Assembly (NCBI RefSeq): GCF_036971445.1
Contig: NC_091482.1
Span: 50,592,001-50,656,000 of the forward strand
Origin: Narcine bancroftii
Lineage: Eukaryota
Length of the DNA: 64,000 bases
Direction of reading: 5' to 3'
Both the position numbers and the translations under genes were made by a program. Positions within the stretch are counted from its first letter, which is position 1, and every line of letters starts with the position of its first letter. This document shows, piece after piece, positions 12,741 to 24,800 of the stretch. The notes under the pieces were generated by a model. The model was not told where the DNA came from. It saw nothing but the letters and a program-made list of their open reading frames with translations, and searched no databases.

Positions 12741-13321
12741 TATGGAGATATGCAATTCCACCACCAGGTCACCAGGGGTCATCCCGGTGACCTTGTATAT
12801 AAAGGAGTCCAGAGCTACAGTCGAGCCTTCCAGGTTCGTCTTGTAGAGAGACAAGACCTCTTAGTGTACATATTAGTTTATTCTTCTTTCTTTGGCTTGG
12901 CTTCGCGGACGAAGATTTATGGAGGGGTAATGTCCACATCAGCTGCAGGCTCGTTGGTGGCTGACAAGTCCGATGCGGGACAGGCAGACACAGTTGCAGC
13001 GGTTGCAGGGGAAAATTGGTGGGTTGGGGTTGGGTGTTGGGTTTTTCCTCCTTTGTCTTTTGTCAGTGAGGTGGGCTTTGCGGTCTTCTTCAAAGGAGGT
13101 TGCTGCCCGCCGAACTGTGAGGCGCCAAGATGCACGGTTTGAGGCGATATCAGCCCACTGGCGGTGGTCAATGTGGCAGGCACCAAGAGATTTCTTAAGG
13201 CAGTCCTTGTACCTCTTCTTTGGTGCTCCTCTGTCTTGGTGGCCAGTGGAGAGCTCGCCATATAATACGATCTTATTAAAGCTGTCATACTCGCACTGCT
13301 GGTGTGGTTATTGTCAGTACA
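12741..13321 (+). mobile_element. Short solo LTR split by an RTE insertion
   Basis: Flanked by 5-bp direct repeat ACTAG (12736-12740, 13322-13326); ends ...GTACA; TATA-like TATATAAA near 12796; ATTAAA signal at the RTE junction. Confidence 0.6.
12881..13274 (-). mobile_element. RTE LINE 3' fragment (AviRTE-like)
   Basis: Near-identical reverse complement of about 13955-14333, with a (GAA)n tail at 12881. Confidence 0.85.
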
Positions 13322-13873
13322 ACTAGTTTTGGCAAAGCCTCCTGGATTTCCCTATTGGACCGGTGAATCGTGCTGCGATTGACCAACAGATTTCAACGGA
13401 ACAAAACCTTGTTGTCCTATTGGAGGCTGCATACTCTGGAGTAAGGGACTCAAATTCAGTCTCCTCACCGCAAAGCACAAATTGAGTACGTCATTTACTT
13501 GCTAGGTCAAAGTTACCTGCTTGATTGGCATGCCCATCAACCTCATTTGATTTTCTTTGGACTTTTACAATCAATTTCCCAGTCTTTTCTTTTGTCTTTT
13601 TCACTATTTAGCACCATCACACCATAGATCTACAAACCAGGTTGTTACAAAGTAAACAAGATTTATTTTACAATGCTTGGAAAAAGCTGGGCTTCCACTT
13701 CCCACAAAGACATGGACAACAAAGGCATGGGCTGTGGAAGGCATGCATAATGGAAACGTACCTCAGTCACTGGCACAATTCTGGAGCTGTCTACCTGTCA
13801 GCACTATGGGGGGCTACTTCACCACCAAGTCCACAGCAGGGCAAAGTTCAGATTTATTGTCAGAGTACATACA

Positions 13874-14333
13874 AGATGCTGTCGATCCACGCTGATGAAG
13901 ATCAAACTGCGCTGGGTAGGTCACGTCTCCAGAATGGAGGACCATCGCCTTCCCAAGATCGTGTTATATGGCGAGCTCTCCACTGGCCACCGAGACAGAG
14001 GTGCACCAAAGAAGAGGTACAAGGACTGCCTAAAGAAAGCTCTTGGTGCCTGCCACATTGACCACTGCCAGTGGGCTGATCTCGCCTCCAACCGTGCATC
14101 TTGGCGCCTCACAGTTCGGCGGGCAGCAACCTCCTTTGAAGAAGACCGTAGAGCCCACCTCACTGTCAAAAGACAAAGGAGGAAAAACCCAACACCAAAC
14201 CCCAACCCACCAATTTTCCCTTGCAACCGTGTCTGCCTGTCCCGCATCGGACTTGTCAGCTATAAAGGAGCCTGCAGCTGACGTGGACATTACCCCTCCA
14301 TAAATCTTCGTCTGCAAAGCCAAGCCAAAGAAG
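13874..14333 (+). mobile_element. RTE LINE 3' fragment (AviRTE-like) with 7-bp TSD
   Basis: LRWVGHVSRMEDHRLPKIVLYGELSTGHRDRGAPKKRYKD...CLSRIGLVS RTE C-terminus. TSD ACATACA at 13867-13873 and 14334-14340. Inserted in a Rex1-type 3' tail (about 13845-14490). Confidence 0.88.
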
Positions 14334-14689
14334 ACATACATGACATCAGGTATAACCCTGAGATTCTTTTTCCTTTGGCGAGGCAGAATTACCACTTCTT
14401 GGTAGTGCAAAAAAACTGTACTCAAGAAGATATGTATACAAATAAAGAAATGTAAACAAACTGACCGTGCAATGCACAGACAAGGCAACAGATCTTCGAA
14501 GGGTTAATAGAGATGATCATTAAAAGCCAAAATTCACTGCCATCTGCATCCTATGAGTCAGGACAAAATGATGAGTCAGAATCCCCAGTGCCACATGTAT
14601 ACCATATTAAATTTGTTTCTACTGCTAATCGGAAATTCTTAAGACATAGTTGTTCATCTCAATCCATTATGGCTTCTGGTATATAACCA

Positions 14690-15575
14690 TATAACCACTT
14701 ACAGCACAGAACAGGCCAGTTCGGCCCTACTAGTCCATGCTGTAGCAAATCCCCACCCTCCTAGTCCCACTGATCAGCACCCGGTCCATACCCCTCTAGT
14801 CTGTTAGGTCTGCTTTGTTCATGAATGAGTGAGACAAACACCAGGCTGAGTCGAAATTAGGGTTCTTTGTTCTTTATTACCGGATTGTAACACTTGCGAC
14901 TAAACATGTTAGTCGGAGAATGCATTCTGCCGTTATCAGCAAAATGGTGATTTTTTATACCCTTGGATATGTGCTTAGAACATCATCATATCATTACTTG
15001 TCCAATGACTAAAACTGTTGCTATCCTTTCCCTGCTAGCTTCCTGCCTCTCAATCCATCAATGTCTCTCTTATCTTGTAAGTACAAGGATGCATTCACAT
15101 CTTGTTACAGCCCTGTACATTCCCATCTCATGATGTTTTACCTAACAGGAGTACAAGGACACCTCCCCTTCTTGTTACTGCCCTGTACAGGGTAACTCCC
15201 TACACATTCCCATCTCATGATGTTTTACCTTACAAGTCCCCTCCTATCCATGTAAAGATCCAGTTTTTCCTTAAATGTAACCAATGATCCCGCCTCGACC
15301 ACGTCTGCCGGAAGCTCATTCCACATCCCCACCACCCTCTGCGTAAAGAAATTTCCCCTCATGTTCCCCTTATAATTTTCCCCCTTCAATCTTAAACCAT
15401 GTCCTCTAGTTTGAATCTCCCCCACTCTTAATTGAAAAAGCCCATCCACATTTACTCTGTCTGTCCCTTTTAAAATCTTAAACACCTCGATCAAGTCCCC
15501 TCTCAATCTTCTACGCTCCAGAGAAAAAAGCCCCAGTCTGCACAACCTTTCCCTGTAACTCAGACCCTGAAATCC
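14690..15575 (-). mobile_element. CR1 LINE 3' end interrupted by a solo LTR
   Basis: LGLFSLERRRLRGDLIEVFKILKG...TRGHGLRL...FFTQRVVGMWNELP, the CR1 ORF2 C-terminus; (GGTTATAT) tail near 14685. Confidence 0.9.
14802..15234 (-). mobile_element. Solo LTR (433 bp), copy A
   Basis: TG...CA termini; 4-bp TSD AGTC (14798-14801, 15235-15238); TATA and AATAAA on the minus strand; near-identical to 53422-53854. Confidence 0.9.
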
Positions 15576-15644
15576 CTGGATATATCCTGGATATGCACAT
15601 TAATAATGTTGAAACCAAAAAGATTATGAGATTGCAAAATTACC

Positions 15645-16095
15645 TATTTAACCTTTCTTAGGATGTTTTCCACCTCCATCACAGTGGATTGGCAGCGAGT
15701 GTAACCGCACTGTTCCCACAAGGTACCATATTCTACAACCTACTGGGTTAGCCTTTGTGAGATTGTAGAATATACACACAATCACTCGTTCTTCATGGAG
15801 TCGACCTTCTTTATTCTTCTCAGCCACTACAACTCTTTCTTTATCCCATAAAACCACCCGTCCAAGCCTGCTGACCTTTTTATTGGCTCTCGGCCACATG
15901 GGTGCTTGCAACGCTTTTAATCTCTTCCTCCTCCTGTGTCCCCTTTGCACGCTCACGGTCCATCACAGTGTACGCAACCCCCACGTTCTGACCCGCGCAT
16001 GTGCATTACTACTCTCGTGTGTTGCCCCAGACACATCGCCAGCAGCGTCGAGCATTACTCCTGACGCATGTAAGTACACGTCCGCGTCAAGATAA
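15645..16095. mobile_element. Possible piggyBac-like non-autonomous remnant
   Basis: Begins TTAA|CCTTTC; CpG-richer than the flanks; GACGCATGTAAGTACACGTCCGCGTC subterminal-like motif; right TTAA end not found. Confidence 0.25.
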
Positions 16096-16869
16096 TGTAT
16101 GTTCTGAGCACTATAACTTTAGGAGCCATATAATGATCTTGAAAAAGTGCAATTGTAAAATTTCCAGTGAAGGGATATTGGAACTGGCAGGAAAGTGGAG
16201 TAGAGGCCAATATCAGATCAGCCATGATCTTATTAACTAGTAGAGCAGACTGAAGATGCCCCAAACTCAAGAGTTAACTCCTGCAGTATATTTTCTTGTT
16301 TCGATTTGGTTAAAGCTTTCAAGATGTATGAAAAAATAGAATGATTTGTTAATTGGGGGTGTATGCAATGTGTGAAAAATAGGACACACTTCCACATGTA
16401 AGTTTGGGTTTTGGTTAGTTATTTTAATTAGGATGGTGCGTAACCTTTGTTAACTTGAAGTGTTGTGGGAGACGTAATAGAGCAGCTGAATGGAATATGG
16501 TAATGAAACACCCATGATCTAATTGAATGCTCAAATTCTTACATTGGTAAACAGTTTACATCTATCCTACAACTCCATGTTATTCATTGCAAACAGTGTG
16601 CAAGTTCACACCGGACAGACATTGTTCTTTAAATCAACTTTTTATTCACTTTGAAATACCAGTGTCAGGGTTCAGATATCTTTGATGACTAATCAGTGAT
16701 TAAAGATGAATTTCCAACAGGCAGGGACATTAAAATATATTGTTATTTTTCTGGCGTTTTATTGATCCTGTCTTGGGAGAATAAGCTAAAATCTTACACT
16801 CTGACTGGCATATCCACAGATAAGTGAAATGGCTACTTAGGCCTTGGCACCACATTGAATCTATTCTTG

Positions 16870-17370
16870 GCACCACATTGAATCTAATCCTCCAAAAAAA
16901 GCCAAAATTAAATTTAAATATTTATCAAATTGAATTTGTGTTCATTGCTTTAGCAGTTGCTAGGACATGTATAGCAATATCATGGAAGTCAGAAATAAAT
17001 TTAGGCTTGGAAAGATGGCGCGCTGAACTTCATACCATTACAGAAAATTACATAATTTGCAAGATAAATATCATGTATTTTTTGAAAATATCGAGCTCAT
17101 ATTTACAAAATTTTGGTTTGACTCTCTGAGGTCCTCACTTCTTGATAACCTCCAATAGAGTTTTCTGTATAAATGTTTTATTTCTTGGCATTCTCCAGTT
17201 TTTCTTCCTTTTCTCTCTTTTTTTTTCAGGGGCTGTGGGGGAACGGGGTGGGGGGGGGGGGAATGGGAGTATATTACCACATGTAATAATTTTTTAAAAA
17301 TAGTTTACAATTGAATGCAATGTAATCATTTTGTGGTTTAAAATTTATAAATAGATTATTTTAAAAAATA
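16870..17370 (+). mobile_element. L1/Tx1-type LINE 3' fragment
   Basis: LAVARTCIAISWKSEINLGLERWRAELH...FLKISSSYLQ, a C-terminal motif of fish L1-like ORF2, followed by a T/G-rich UTR and A-rich end. Confidence 0.6.
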
Positions 17371-19979
17371 TCTATTCCTCCTACACTCCTTGAACAGCAG
17401 AGTGCAATCTTCCACTCCTGAACTACAGCCCTTTGAGATTCCACAACTCCACCACCAGCATTCTTCCCACTCTCTGCCCAGCAGCTAAATTCTGTAATTC
17501 TGATTCCTCCACAATAATGTTAGTGAATTTTCACCCCCACAATGCAAACCCATCTTCAACCCTAATTCGACGTGATGGACGTCTCAGCTTTGGGAGAAGA
17601 TGTATTAGCAGCACACATTTGTAAAAGAAAATGTGGAAAGCCTGTTTTAGGGCCAGGTCTCGAGTGAGTTTGATGGGCTGGAAAAACAACTGTATAAATC
17701 TTAGCTTTTGACTTCAGGGTATACTAAAATTTCCATTTTAAAGTCAGGGGATTGGAAATGTGTAAATTAGACAGATTGTTAAAAGGAAAATGGTGTCAGA
17801 ATATGCATGAAATTAACTATGATATGACATATTCAATGAAATAAATCTTTTCTAAATGCTGTAATTGGTTTAGACTTACCTGTGGGGCTCCAAAACTAGG
17901 CATATTAAATGAACTCCCCTCAGACCCGTTCGATCATTCTATAACCCATCATGATCTGCGGCTAAATTCTATATGCTGGTCTTTGCACCCGACCAATTTA
18001 ATAATTTACAATTAGCTCTCATTATCCAATGTAAAATGAACTATTTGTCCTACAGATTTTTTTTTAGAGTTTCAAGGCCTTACCTCTTCAAATGCAATTT
18101 TTAATGATCCATCACCTTCAGCTAATACTTCACTAATTGCCTTTGGATATGCACATTAATAATATATCTGCAGAGATCCCCCTATTGACAATTTCACCTT
18201 CTAACACAGAAGAATATATTATTTTCTTGTTTATTTCACACCATGAAGTAAATAAACCAAATTCCAAGGCAGATTTATCTTCATTTGATTGCACAAGTAC
18301 AACCTGACAAAACACCAGTCTTTGGCCCTCGGTGTGAAATGCGCCGACACACAACCAGACGTAACGCGCATATAGACAAATAATACACACGCAGGACAAG
18401 TAGTCAAAGATACAACTAGACTGCCCAGCGGGTTTCAGCAACCAATTGCCCACCACTTGATAATATCTATCAGAAACGCTGTCTGGGCAGGGTGAAGATG
18501 CCAATAATATCTCCTCCAAGCTATGGACTTTTTCCTCTTCTCCTATCCAGTCGGCGCTACAGGAGCCATTGCTCTCGAATCAGTGGGCTTAAGAAGGGCT
18601 TTTCTCTTGAGGCTGTGACCCTGTTGGACCTTGAATCACAGCTCTGAGTGGTACTCACATGGTACTCTCAGTACTTTTAGAATTGTTTGCTTGCTGTACG
18701 TTCTTACGTTTATTTGCATGTATTTGTATACAGCACTATTTTTTTTAAACCTCTGGTTGGATTCTAATTTGTATTTCATTGGCTTTGCATTTTACTGGGC
18801 TCAATGACAAGAAAGTTGAATCTAATCTAATCTAAGTAAACAAACATTTCATGAGAGACTAGGATGGTTTAGTAAGAGCAGTCCCTTTGGTCGTTCTGCA
18901 CAATATAATCATCAGAAATAAAAGGCACAAAACAAGGGCATACGTTTTGCACAAACTGCTTTGCACAAGATGGCATCGACATATCAGGTCACTTTAGCCT
19001 TTCTCAGGGACCATCACTGGATGTGTCTTATCTCGATGACACTGCTGGATCTCTTGAGATGAGACAGAGGGACTGGGGAATCAGAGATCTGCTCCTGTTA
19101 TGTGCCTTTTGTGGTCTTATTATTAATAATAATTAATAATCATATATTCCTCTTTGATGGCCTGATAATTGAGAATGTTAGAGTTTAATGATCAAAAATG
19201 TTCCCGTAGGAGAATGATGGATTATTTGCATTTTAAGTTATAAAGGTCCAATTAGGAATCACACTTAGGAATTCTTGCAAGTCTTTTAAATAGTATCATT
19301 TGTTCTGCAGCCAACCCTAGATGACTTTGGATGTACAAATTTTCATATTAAATTATTGGTATGAATTTGGATCATACAAATAAAACACTCGCCTTTCAAA
19401 TGACAAAAACATGCATCCTGACCAACCCACAAGAACAAAAATCTTCTCTACATTAGTGTGACAGCTGGACTACATTATCAAAGTGTAATAGGAAAGAAAA
19501 AAATGTTATTTATTTTTTTAAAAAATAGACCTTGTATGTTGTCAATTGAGCATGGAAGTGGTGATTCTCCAATTCCTTTAAAAAGGAAGAGACCATTGCA
19601 TTTTCGGCTGGGGTTGCAGGCTGTTACACTCCCATCCCCTATGAGCACCATCTTTCCGCCGGGATCACAGAATCATTTCTCTGAAGAAGAACTCGACCCA
19701 AGTTGTCACATTCGATTAGTATTGATTAGCCAGTCCAACATCTGGAGCAAGGAACGTTCTGCAAGGTATTTGACGAGATTCCATCAAAGCCTATTTGACA
19801 AAACCTGTCAAAAAGGCATGCATCCCAAGTAAATTCAGGCCCGAAACATCAGTTATCCTTTTCTTCCTATAGATGTTGCACAATCTGTTCAGTTTCTCCA
19901 GTACTTTTGTTGCACAATAAGTAAACTGGAATTTTTCTTCCAAGAGTAAAACAAAATGGATGAAGTATTTCCTGTAGGT

Positions 19980-21887
19980 CAGGGGTGTCAAACTCAAATT
20001 CACAGAGGGCCAAAATTAAAAACTTGGACTAAGTCGAGGGCCGAACTAAATATTTATTGAAAATTTTCAACAACATCTGCATGTTTTCTCTTCTTTCAAC
20101 ATATGTAATATTAAACTTTTTCTTATTAAAATAAATGTTTAATAATAGTTTAGGATAAACTCTTTCCAGAAGCATTAACAAATGAGAAATAAAATATTCA
20201 ATAAATAATATTTCTCTGTAGAGGATTTGTCAAATGTTGCTAGTGTGCTGTCGAATAGTAAAATCTGAGGGCTATTGAGAATGTGGGAGAATAACATGAT
20301 TCCTGAAACAATCAAATGGGTGACTGATTGTGGGCATGGACTCTAGCAGGGTTATTTGCCATGCCCTTTTTCCATTGGTACAGATATCCTTTGATTTACA
20401 CACTTTTCAAGTTTTATGCCTAATGAGCTTGTATCCAGGTTCAGGATCATTTTTAACCAGGAATATATTTATCACTGTGACATGAAACTACTGGAAGATC
20501 ATTTTATCCTGAGATTAAAGTTCATAATACTTACTCAGGCCTGTGTGCGGGAGGGCGGGGTTTGCGGGCGATTGGGTTGGACAACGACAGTGCGAGGGGC
20601 ATCGGTTCTCGCTGCAGGGCGGCATCTTGGCGGATCAGCGGCCCCGTCACCGTGAGTCGCGGGTCGGCCTGCGGCAGGGAGGGGGAGTGGGCAATGGTCC
20701 TGGCGAGGTCAGGCCCCCCCTGAGTTTCTGCCGGACCCCCCTTGACCTGCTGAGTTTCTCCCGGACCCCCCTTGACCTGCTGAGTTTCTCCCAGACCCCA
20801 ATTGACCTGCTGAGTTTCTCCCGGACCCCCTCCCCTTGACCTTCTGAGTTTCTCCCGAACCCCTCCCCCTTGACCTGCTGAGTTTCTCCCGGACCCCCTC
20901 CTCTTGACCTTCTGAGTTTCTCCCGGAACCCTCCCCCTTGATCTGATGAGTTTCTCCCGGACCCCCCTTGACCTGCTGAGTTTCTCCCGGACCCCCCTTG
21001 ACCTGCTGAGTTTCTCCCGGATCCCCTTCCCTTGACCTTCTGAGTTTCTCCCGGACCCCTCCCCCTTGAACTGCTGAGTTTCTCTCGGACCCCCCTTTGA
21101 CCTGCTGAGTTTCTCCTGGACCCCCCTTGACCTGCTGAGTTTCTCCCGGACCTCCCTTGACCTGCTGAGTTTCTCCCGGACCCCCCTTGACCTGCTGAGT
21201 TTCTCCCGGACCTCCCTTGACCTGCTGAGTTTCTCCCAGACCCCCCTTGACCTGCTGAGTTTCTCCCGGACCCCCTTTTCTTTCCGTGCCGGTGTCCCAG
21301 GACCTTTCCAGGGCAGTCTCCGCGCTCAGGACCGCGCTGGGATCCCGGTCAGTGGTAGAGGAGCAGGTGAGCGCGGCTAATCCCGATCCAGCCCACGCCA
21401 CTCTCGAGATTGGCAGGGGGTTCCACCCTACCTGCCCGACCAGCCTCGCTCTCCACGTGTATTCCGGGCACCCGCCGCTGGTCCGGTGGGAAGGCGCAGA
21501 GCGGTCGGCGGCCGGCGCCCCCATCGCCCGGCGGGGAGCCTTAATCTTCCCTCCGGCATCCCGACTCCATCTGCAGCTCCAAGAAACGATGTTCCACTGG
21601 GGTTCCCGGTGATGGGAAGCGGCCTTGGCTTTCCCTGACACCGGCCAGGCCGCGCTGCGGTGGGCGGGGGGACACGACAGCGTGTTTATAAAACCACCCA
21701 CCACTACTTTTCAAGGACCAGGATTTTTCTCTCTCTCACCCTGGGACACAGTGGTTACTGTGCATGCGCTATACTGGCGCGGCGGCCAGCGGGCCACCTC
21801 TAGTACATTTTTGATATGATCTTGCGGGTCAAATATAATTATATCGCGGGCCAAATTTGGCCCACGGGCCAGAGTTTGACATGTGTG
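19980..21887. mobile_element. Non-autonomous hAT element with captured cargo (Pack-TIR-like), copy 1
   Basis: Termini CAGGGGTGTCAAACTC ... GAGTTTGACATGTGTG; 8-bp TSD CTGTAGGT (19972-19979) / CTGCAGGT (21888-21895); ends shared with 55830-57006. Confidence 0.85.
20714..21275. repeat. Minisatellite, about 18 units of about 30-35 bp
   Basis: Consensus CCCCCCTTGACCTGCTGAGTTTCTCCCGGA in direct tandem with no unique spacers. Confidence 0.95.
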
Positions 21888-24800
21888 CTGCAGGTGTTAT
21901 TTCATCGTGGACTTTTTGGTTACAGTTTAAAGAGCATTTTAAAAAAGGCTTCATAGCTTTCAGTGATAAAAATAGTTGGGTGGCTATAGAACTAGCTAAA
22001 GCATCAAAAGCAGAATATTGTGCTAAATAGAGACAGATTTGTTCACAAGGTAGTGACCATCAAAGGATCTGTTTTCAGTCTTTTTGCTATGAGAAATAAA
22101 ATGGCAACATTTAATCAGAGCTGTTTCGTTACAAGGTGATCAGAAGACATTTGCTGGGAACTTGCTGAATAAATAATGTGCAATCCTGCTCTTTGAAGCT
22201 TTGGGGATGTTTCTTCTCAAAACAAAGTACTTCTTTTCTGTCTCTTTTTGCCCTTTCTCAATCCAATCTCTCACCTGCACTGTTCTGCACCCATTTTGAT
22301 TCAAATTCTCCTCTTTTCCTCAATCTTTAAATCTCTGTGATGTCATTGATTATTACCATTCCAGCCTTTTATGAGCTTACTGTTTCAGCTATGTGTACTG
22401 AGAAATGGTTTCTGAGTTGAAGAATGAGGAAAGGTCATTCATGAGGGATTCCAAGAAATGGCCTGGAGAGAAATAAAAACATTCAGGAGGAGGCCATTTG
22501 GTCCCTCAAGCCTGCTGTGCCATTCAATACATTTAAGCCAATAGTTCTCAACCATTTTTTCCCCACTTGAAGTAATCCCCTACTAACCACAGAACACCTA
22601 TGGCATCCTTTTATTTTTAATCCCATATCCTTGATTCCCTTAATATACCACAAACTATCAAGCATCTATCTGCTCCAGCCAATTCTGATCCACTAACATA
22701 GACCTAAATGAACTAATAAAGCTGGAATGTGAAATCCCGAGTGGAGCTTTCTTTGAAGAAATGTGAGACGATTTAAAATAAAATAGATTAAAGAATCTTC
22801 ATCATCAGCTGGGTGCAATTGTCATGGGCAGTAAGAGAAAATAAAGAATGATTGAACGCAATTGTTAATCTCCCCTTCAAAGCATCCAATCAATGGGCCC
22901 TGATTTGGAGCCAATGGTACCGTAAATTTAAGACGTCTTTCATCTGTATTGCATCACTTTTGGTTACCTTACTCCACAGTGTCGAGAGTAAACATCTATA
23001 GAAATGATGAATTGAAAAAAAACACACCATAAGAGTAGATTGAAAATAGAAGTGAGTTATTTGTACATTTACACATCTTGTTCACATTTCCAAACTATGA
23101 GGTAAGATATTGTTTCATCTTTTCAAAACTGATGAAGCTGCTAAATGAGTTTTGCGACTTCAGAAAATAAAAAGGAGAAAGGATTATTTGAATTGGATGA
23201 TACTAAATAAAAATTTGTCTTAACTTTTTTTATCTTGGAGAAAATCAGAAAATAAATGTGGGGTATAAAAAAAAGAAAAATATCCTTTTAATGGGGTAAC
23301 TTCTGGGAACAAAATATTGAACACATCTATCATACCAGCATCAATAACTACAATAAGCTCCAAGCAGTATATTTTATAAATCATATTCATATTGTTTGCT
23401 AAGACACATGTTATATATTTGACTTTTTCTATGCACTTTTGACCCTTTGCCATCATTCTTTGGTTAAGGAAGTTCTGAAGCTCACAGGGTTAAGAAAGCA
23501 ACTGTAGTAAAGTGACAAATGTCAGCCTTCCCGAAGGTGCATCGCAAACAAAAATCCAGTGATCTTTGCAGATATGAACCGCTGTGAGTTCATGCCGTTT
23601 CTGGCCTACAACAGTGTGATGTAATTATTTTGGCCGAGAAGCCAATCATGGTGAAGAATTCTCCCAGCAAGAAAGGTCAAGAGTACAACATTTAACTGGT
23701 TTCTTAATGCAGTGTGTTAAATAAAGGTTGGGATATCCATAGTAAATTATGGTTAATGTTGAAATCAAGAATTGGTTTTCGTTGAGTGATGCAGTTGTTA
23801 TATTGGGGAATTATAATACACACATTGAAATTGCGTTTAAGGGCCAAACTATGGGTTTGTGTGTCATTATGTAATCATAGTTCATTTAACAAGGCTAAAT
23901 ATTTCAGTTTTTTTAAATCATGGGAATCGATAAAGGGTTACTGTTTCGTAATCAGCAGAAGGCAACAATATGCCATCTTACCCATAAACAGAAAATTATT
24001 GACAACATGCTAGCTTTTGCAATTAAAAACGTGGAAAAATGCAGGTGCTTGAAATGGTCAAGTCACCATTCTGTGACTTTGTTCGCTGCATTTAAACCAA
24101 CTTTAACAATCTTGAATGCCCCTGAACTTCAGGAACATTGAGAAAATCTCAACTGCCTTGCGGTCGGTCAAAGATTTTTAGGGCAGGGCTGATTCTAACC
24201 TATCCACTTCATCAGAATACAGAGGGTTCTGGTGCTGATTGGGTCCAGGAGACTGAAGGCCAGCAATTTCAACCTTGCAAATCTCAAGCAGGCATGTGCA
24301 AAATAATTAGGAGCGCAAGTGGACAAATGTGACGAATGGGATCTAAATGATCTAACTGGGGGATAAATCCATTGGAGTGATAAGTTAAGTGAATGAAGTG
24401 ACCTCTATCATTATTAAAGTGTCCGACAAACTGCCATTACGTTTCACATCCAGCAGGGGTGCGGTGCTGCGGCACCTCCATGTCGCTGTTTTGGGTGAGC
24501 TCCAGCACCTAAAAAATTAGCACTGCACCCTCCGACTTCTAGTGGAGCCACAGTGAGCATCATGGGTAATATCGTAGCACATCTACGGATTTCATTTGAT
24601 TAATTAAAAAATATATTAAAACCTGTCCTTACAGTTACTGTTTGATGACACAGGCAATATCAGAATGTCTCTTTCTTTGCACAACAAGATTTGGTGAAGC
24701 AGCGGCAGTAAGGTTCCATGAGGCAATGGAAAGCAACTTCCAATGACAGACAAGACTTAGCAGTCACATGGTCCTGAGTAACCAATTCTAGCTACTTACT

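Noticed and set aside
16843-16886. 21-bp direct duplication CTTGGCACCACATTGAATCTA
   Set aside because: Simple two-copy duplication at a LINE 5' junction; no sign of function.
20714-21275. CRISPR-like look of about 30-bp repeats (also 30013-30123)
   Set aside because: Head-to-tail tandem repeats without unique spacers, no cas genes, vertebrate context.
20709-21704. 331-aa minus-strand ORF with GGPGETQQVK repeats
   Set aside because: By-product of a stop-free 30-bp minisatellite and GC-rich cargo; no domain or gene context.
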